Part shown: piece after piece, positions 56,344 to 61,107 of the stretch | Layout of the letters: every line of letters begins with the position of its first letter | Position numbering within the stretch: position 1 is the stretch's first letter | Sequence record: SRR20825019_2850 | Strand: one strand, 5' to 3' | Length of the DNA: 61,107 nt | The notes under the pieces: generated by a model | What the model saw: the letters and a program-made list of their open reading frames with translations, nothing else | What the model was told of the DNA's origin: nothing | The model's database searches: none | Translations under genes and position numbers: made by a program

Positions 56344-57393
56344 TTATCTAAGATTATATTCGATGGAGGTGGTGAAATCGAAGGAGGCCCCGCTGATTTC
56401 CGGTGGCATCGGCGGCATCGGATCGGCCCGTTTCAAAAGATCGAGAAGCGCCTCGTCCAGGATCTTCCTGCCGGAACTCTGCACGATGGAGCGCTTCATG
56501 ATTTGGCCCGCCCGATTGATCTGGAAACTGAACGCGACCGTGCCTTCATAGCGCCGCAGCCGGGCCGCGCGCGGGTATTTCTTGTGTTGCTCAAGCCAGC
56601 TCTGGATCGACGCAAAATAGGATTTCCGTGCAGCGGCAACGCCGCCGCCACCGGAAGACGCCTGGGTCTGACCCGGTCCCGCCGCGCGATTGGGGGCCGA
56701 GGAAGCGAGGTCGAACGTCCCGCTGCCGCGTTTTTTCTGGGCTTCCAGAACCTTGTCCGCCAGCACAGCATCCGCGTTCGGCTGCTTCGGCGCCTCTTCC
56801 ACCGGCTTTGCCTCGGCAACTTCGGTTTCAACGGGTTTAACCTGTTCAACCGGGCGCGGCGGCTTGACCGTCTCGACCGGTTTCGGCGGTTCCGGCCGTG
56901 TTACCGGCAAGGGGGGCGGCTGAACAGCCGCTGTCACGGTCTCCACCGGAACAATTTCGGAGGCTTCAGCCACATCGGCTTCCTGCGGAACAGGCTCCAC
57001 CACCGGCTCGGTTGTTTCCACGGGCTCGGGCTCTACAGGCTCGGCCTCGACCATCTCGACGGGCTCAACCGGCGTTGTTTCCGTAACTTCCGCGACCTCT
57101 GTTTGCGGCGGCGGGGGGGCAACGGTCTGCTCAACCACCTCTTCCACAGAATCTCCGTCCGGCACTCCGCTGGCTTCGGCGGCCTGAATGTTTTCGGCCA
57201 CGGTCTGGGCGGTGACTCCGCCGGCGTCTCCCATCATCACGACGAGACCGCCATCCCCCGTATCCACACTGCTCGTCGCTGGCGACTCGAACGTCACAAA
57301 AGACAACAAAGCGAGACCATGCAGCGCAAGAGCGGCGGCGAAACCGGCGATCATGGAGGGAGCGGTGCCGCGCCGTTCGACGATCGCGTTCAT
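56344..57393 (-). CDS. tonB: TonB energy transducer
   Basis: N-terminal TM with His, Glu/Pro-rich linker, YPRAAR...EG, SSG..LD. Confidence 0.88.
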   Translation of the reverse strand: MNAIVERRGTAPSMIAGFAAALALHGLALLSFVTFESPATSSVDTGDGGLVVMMGDAGGVTAQTVAENIQAAEASGVPDGDSVEEVVEQTVAPPPPQTEVAEVTETTPVEPVEMVEAEPVEPEPVETTEPVVEPVPQEADVAEASEIVPVETVTAAVQPPPLPVTRPEPPKPVETVKPPRPVEQVKPVETEVAEAKPVEEAPKQPNADAVLADKVLEAQKKRGSGTFDLASSAPNRAAGPGQTQASSGGGGVAAARKSYFASIQSWLEQHKKYPRAARLRRYEGTVAFSFQINRAGQIMKRSIVQSSGRKILDEALLDLLKRADPMPPMPPEISGASFDFTTSIEYNLR

Positions 57394-57791
57394 GACGCCC
57401 CCGTCGCCAGCAGGCCAAGTTCCTTGAGACCAACCGCGCGCAACTCCTCGATCAGGGCGATGACCATCGCCGCGTCGCTCTGCGCATCGGCCTTCAGCTT
57501 AAGACGCCCGTCCGGATGCTCCGCGAAGTAAGCTTTCAGACTCCCGACGACATCGGCCCGTTCAAGAATCTCATCCCGGAAGGAAAGCCGTCCGTCCGCC
57601 GCGATCAGCAAGATCGCCGTGGTGTCGTTCGGCTGACCGGAATTCGCGGTCTCCGGCGGCGTGATGTCCAGCAGCTCGGCCTTTTCGAGTGCGCCTGCCA
57701 GCATGAAGAAAATCAGCAGCAGGAAAACGACGTTGATCAACGGCAGGACATTTTCCGCCGCCGACTTTTTCTTGGGTTTGACAAGCCGCAT
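57390..57791 (-). CDS. exbD: ExbD/TolR protein
   Basis: LPLINVVFLLLIFFML, KADA. Confidence 0.85.
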   Translation of the reverse strand: MRLVKPKKKSAAENVLPLINVVFLLLIFFMLAGALEKAELLDITPPETANSGQPNDTTAILLIAADGRLSFRDEILERADVVGSLKAYFAEHPDGRLKLKADAQSDAAMVIALIEELRAVGLKELGLLATGAS

Positions 57792-57795
57792 TGCC

Positions 57796-58203
57796 CTAGC
57801 GCTCCGACCGGCTCGCAAGGGTCACGTCGGTCAACCCTCTCTCGGCCGCCATATCCACGGTCTTCACCACGGCCTGAACCGGCACGCCGGTCTCGGCTTC
57901 GACCACGATGCGGGGCTTGGGCTCTCGCCCGGCCAGGGTTTTCAGACGCTCGGAGAAATCCGCCAGGCTCATCCGCTCGCCGGAGACCTGATAATCCCCG
58001 TCGGCACGCAATTTAACCAGCACGGAACCTTCGGACGCGGCACCGGCCGCATTCCCGAGCTTGGCGGTTTTCAGACCGATGGCCCGCCAGTCAAGAAAAC
58101 TCGAAGCCAGCATGAAGAAGATGAGAAGAATAAAGACGACGTCGATCAGCGGCGTGAGACTGATCTCCGCCGTGGGGCGTCTGCGCCCGGCACTGAGCCG
58201 CAT
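57796..58203 (-). CDS. exbD: ExbD/TolR protein
   Basis: LTPLIDVVFILLIFFML. Confidence 0.88.
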   Translation of the reverse strand: MRLSAGRRRPTAEISLTPLIDVVFILLIFFMLASSFLDWRAIGLKTAKLGNAAGAASEGSVLVKLRADGDYQVSGERMSLADFSERLKTLAGREPKPRIVVEAETGVPVQAVVKTVDMAAERGLTDVTLASRSER

Positions 58204-58210
58204 GATGGCC

Positions 58211-58903
58211 TCACTCCGCGCCTTGAAGCGCGGCTTCCGAAATGGACTCTGCCACAGCCCTGCGACGGACCGGAGCCGGAGCGGCGGTGAAGACCTGCGT
58301 TGCCGCGTCTTCCATCGCCCGTCCAGCCCGCTCGACAATGCCGTCAACCAGCTGGTGCGCCGCCGTCGCCGGGATAGCAACCACCAGGCCCGCGGCCGTA
58401 GTCAGCAGCGCCACCCAGATACCGCCGGAAAGAATCGAGGGATCGACCTTGCTCCCCGCTCCCTCAAGCGCCTTGAAGGCGTCAATCATGCCGATGACGG
58501 TGCCGAGCAAACCGATCAACGGACTGAGCATGGCGATGGCCGCCAGCAGGCGCAGGCCCGAGGAGAGCCGGTCCATGAACAGTCCGGCGACCCGTTCCAC
58601 CTCTTCCCGCGCCTCGGCTTCGGAAATATCCCGGTTATGCCGCAACTGCATGGCGTAGCGGGCAATCGCCGCTGCCGGATGCGAGCCGTCCTCAAGCAGA
58701 TCGAGCGCAGCCTTGCCATGGCCGGAACGCCACATCGCCAGAGCCTCGTCCCGCTCCCGGCCGTTCCACAGGCGCAGCATCAGGAATTGTACCATCTTGG
58801 AGGCAAAAACGGTCGTCGCCACCACGGACATGATCGCGAGCAGATACATGATCGGCCCGCCCGCATCCATGAAGCCCATGATCTCTTCGATCGCTGCCGT
58901 CAT
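58211..58903 (-). CDS. exbB: ExbB/TolQ proton channel
   Basis: PLIGLLGTVIGMI.AF, GI..ALLTTAAGL.VAIP. Confidence 0.9.
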   Translation of the reverse strand: MTAAIEEIMGFMDAGGPIMYLLAIMSVVATTVFASKMVQFLMLRLWNGRERDEALAMWRSGHGKAALDLLEDGSHPAAAIARYAMQLRHNRDISEAEAREEVERVAGLFMDRLSSGLRLLAAIAMLSPLIGLLGTVIGMIDAFKALEGAGSKVDPSILSGGIWVALLTTAAGLVVAIPATAAHQLVDGIVERAGRAMEDAATQVFTAAPAPVRRRAVAESISEAALQGAE

Positions 58904-58933
58904 TGACTTTCTCCTACCGCTGGAGCGGTCCGG

Positions 58934-59377
58934 TTATTGCGTAAAGGGCACTGCGGCCCGGGATGCCGTCTGCAGGCTGTCCGCGCAGAGCCCCGGTGCA
59001 ACTGCCGCACCTCCGCCCTCGCATGTCCGCACGCCATTCATCAGGACGCGCCCGACATTGCCGCAGTCGATTTCCTTCAGATCGAACAGCTTCACCCGTG
59101 TGTGCCCGGTATGGATCGGTCCCATATCGGCGATCACGCGCCTGACGACGATGCCGTCCGTATCAAACGCGACAAAATCGAGTTTCACTTCTTCGAGGCT
59201 CGCCTCGGTCGTGTTGTTCACAACCCACGTGGTGCGGCAGTCCCCGCCCACGCTCTCGAGTTTGTTCAGCTCAAGAAGCAGGCGCTTTTCCGCCATATCC
59301 GCCGCGAGTGCGGGTACGGAAATCGCCACCACCGCAAGCGCGGAGAGCCCCGTTTTGAAAAGACGCGCCAACCCCAT
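58934..59377 (-). CDS. Small exported hypothetical protein with four Cys, first gene of exbBD-tonB operon
   Basis: Signal peptide, LELNK...C, FD.DG, KLFDL...C, C...C. Confidence 0.65.
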   Translation of the reverse strand: MGLARLFKTGLSALAVVAISVPALAADMAEKRLLLELNKLESVGGDCRTTWVVNNTTEASLEEVKLDFVAFDTDGIVVRRVIADMGPIHTGHTRVKLFDLKEIDCGNVGRVLMNGVRTCEGGGAAVAPGLCADSLQTASRAAVPFTQ

Positions 59378-59403
59378 GAGCCTACCTTCACGGACGAAAG
59401 ATT

Positions 59404-59422
59404 ATTGCGAGTCATTCGCATT
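59404..59422. promoter_or_regulatory. Fur (Fur-alpha type) box upstream of exbBD-tonB operon
   Basis: attgcgagtcattcgcatt. Confidence 0.8.
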
Positions 59423-59511
59423 ACTGACTTGAGGATTAGGTACAGGAACGACATGCCTATTGCAACCACTGTCGTGGTGCTTTTTGGCGACAAAAGCTGC
59501 CGTTTTTTGCC

Positions 59512-60093
59512 TTAATTCGACTCTGCAGCTCGGCAAGCGCGCAGTTGCGGCGGAAGATCGCGCTCCATACCGCCATTTCCAAGCACAAGAGCACATCGCC
59601 AGATTTCTCGCGCTCGCAGCATCGGCAGCTCCCGCAACCGGATGGCGTTGCCCTCAAGCGTCCTGACAACGGCGCCCCACTGCGCATCTTCAAGATCGCG
59701 CCACACCACATTCAGATGCACGGCGGAATGGGTAAAAAGGTGCCGCAAGGCCTGGGCCGGGAGTGTCGCGCCAAGATCGATCTCGGCGTCACGTTCCTCT
59801 GCCGACGCATGCATCGGCGTCTCGACACCCGTCCGCCCCCACTCGGCAAGCCGGGTCAATGCCCGGGCGTGATAGCCGACATGCGCGATAAGGTGCCGCC
59901 GGGTCCAGCCCGGCACCAATGATGGCGCGTCAAGCTCCCGGTCGGCCAGCTCGTTCAGCTTGCGGGCGAAATAGGCCGTTCCCCGGCGGGCAAGGACAAG
60001 ATCCTCCGCCGGGGCAGACGGCGCGTCATACCGGGCACCGGCCCCGAGCCGGGCCCGCAACGCGGCGCGTTCCGCCTCCAGAGAGTCGCTCAT
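59512..60093 (-). CDS. Maleylpyruvate isomerase family protein (MDMPI/DinB fold)
   Basis: PSLVPGWTRRHLIAHV, RAREIW; downstream of gentisate dioxygenase. Confidence 0.8.
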   Translation of the reverse strand: MSDSLEAERAALRARLGAGARYDAPSAPAEDLVLARRGTAYFARKLNELADRELDAPSLVPGWTRRHLIAHVGYHARALTRLAEWGRTGVETPMHASAEERDAEIDLGATLPAQALRHLFTHSAVHLNVVWRDLEDAQWGAVVRTLEGNAIRLRELPMLRAREIWRCALVLGNGGMERDLPPQLRACRAAESN

Positions 60094-60111
60094 TCCCGCC
60101 CCCGGACTCTA

Positions 60112-61107
60112 TCAGTCCTGCACGCCTTCGATCTTGGTGCGGGCGAAATTCAGCCGCTCCATGATCGGAGCATCGGAGAAGCGGAACAGATCAAAGCGGG
60201 TTTCCGCCTGCAAGGACCACTGGATCCAGGACGGCACCACGAACATGTCGCCCTTCTCCAGCTTATGCTCCACACCGTTCAGCACCACCGCGCCGGCGCC
60301 CTCGAATACCTGGAAGACGGAGGAGCCGACCTCGCGACGCGGCCGCGTCTCGGTCCCTTCACGCAAGCGGTGAAACTGGGTACGGATAGTCGGCATCACG
60401 TCGCCACCCGTGGTCGGGTTGACGTAGCGGATGGCCGCATGGCCCGGTTCGACCGTCGCCGGCTGGCCCTCGTCCTCCAGCAAAAGCTGCTCTGTCAGGG
60501 CCCGGTCGGTGAATTCCCAGCGATAGGCACCGATCGGCGTGCTCACCGTGTCCTGCAGGCCGGAGAGCGGACGCAACCCCGGATGGCACCACAGCCGCTC
60601 ACCTTGCGAGAAATCAGGCGTCGCGTAATCCGTCACCGTGTCGGAGCCGAACTCGAAAAAGCCGACATCGTTATGCTGGGAGAACGGGATATCCAGCCCG
60701 TCGATCCAGGTCATCGGCTTGTCGGTGACATTGTGATGCCCATGGAAATGCCAGCCCGGCGTCATCAGCAAATCGCCCCGGCTCATCCGCACAGGGTCGC
60801 CATTCACCACCGTCCACACCCCCTCGCCCTCTACGACGAAGCGGAAAGCGTTCTGGGCATGCCGGTGCTCCGGCGCGGTTTCTTTCGGGCCGAGATACTG
60901 GATCGCGGCCCACAGGGTCGGGCTGACATAGGCGTTGCCGCCGAGCCCCGGATTGGCGAGACCAATGGCCCGGCGCTCCCCGCCCCGTCCGACCGGCACC
61001 AGCTCGCCGGACTTCTCCGCCAACGGCAGCAGCTTCGACCATTTCCAGACATGCGGCACAGCCTTCGGCTTCGGATGCATCGGCATCAGATCGCCAAGCT
61101 GGGTCCA
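60112..61107 (-). CDS. Gentisate 1,2-dioxygenase (bicupin), 5' end outside window
   Basis: GERRAIGLANPGL, EHRHAQNAFRF, TPGWHFHGH, DGLDIP, DLFRFSDAP; frame open to window edge (WTQLGDLMP). Confidence 0.92.
   Translation of the reverse strand, partial: WTQLGDLMPMHPKPKAVPHVWKWSKLLPLAEKSGELVPVGRGGERRAIGLANPGLGGNAYVSPTLWAAIQYLGPKETAPEHRHAQNAFRFVVEGEGVWTVVNGDPVRMSRGDLLMTPGWHFHGHHNVTDKPMTWIDGLDIPFSQHNDVGFFEFGSDTVTDYATPDFSQGERLWCHPGLRPLSGLQDTVSTPIGAYRWEFTDRALTEQLLLEDEGQPATVEPGHAAIRYVNPTTGGDVMPTIRTQFHRLREGTETRPRREVGSSVFQVFEGAGAVVLNGVEHKLEKGDMFVVPSWIQWSLQAETRFDLFRFSDAPIMERLNFARTKIEGVQD

Noticed and set aside
56800-57150. Repetitive EPVE/PVE-rich sequence
   Set aside because: Ordinary low-complexity TonB periplasmic linker.
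1-61107. tRNA, rRNA or riboswitch genes
   Set aside because: None recognised by eye; a covariance-model search would be needed to exclude small RNAs.

Overview
High-GC alphaproteobacterial chromosome segment (Rhodospirillales-like by gene content and Fur-alpha boxes; taxonomy is inference). Left flank (1-17.8 kb): creatinase, a lower-GC PAS-PAS-GGDEF cyclase, MFS and LysE transporters, a GNAT/C39-like plus RimK-like ATP-grasp pair, a chemoreceptor, a Fur-boxed AraC/TonB-receptor siderophore module, and a small TetR/GST cluster. Right flank (49.7-61.1 kb): a complete Fur-boxed heme uptake locus (exbBD, tonB, hmuPRSTUV, heme monooxygenase) and the start of a gentisate catabolic operon. Between them is a ~31.7 kb accessory region made of four unrelated modules: (1) a decayed IS630, an uncharacterised five-gene dehydrogenase/PLP enzyme/racemase/HAD/EamA operon and an hsdS remnant; (2) a lone GSU2403-type nucleotidyltransferase; (3) an arsenic-phosphate island (arsR-arsC fusion, pstSCAB-phoU, receiver-less phoB, aioXSR-aioBA-moeA); (4) a Pho-boxed AccA-like ABC importer with a glycerophosphodiesterase. 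The most striking observation is that every module boundary (17880, 25579, 27139, 42048, 49595) carries a same-orientation copy of one degenerate hairpin-forming repeat (core ccgctttgggtcg). This resembles a cassette array, but the sites lack attC cores and no recombinase gene lies in the window. All calls come from reading motifs and aligning by hand; no database searches were run.
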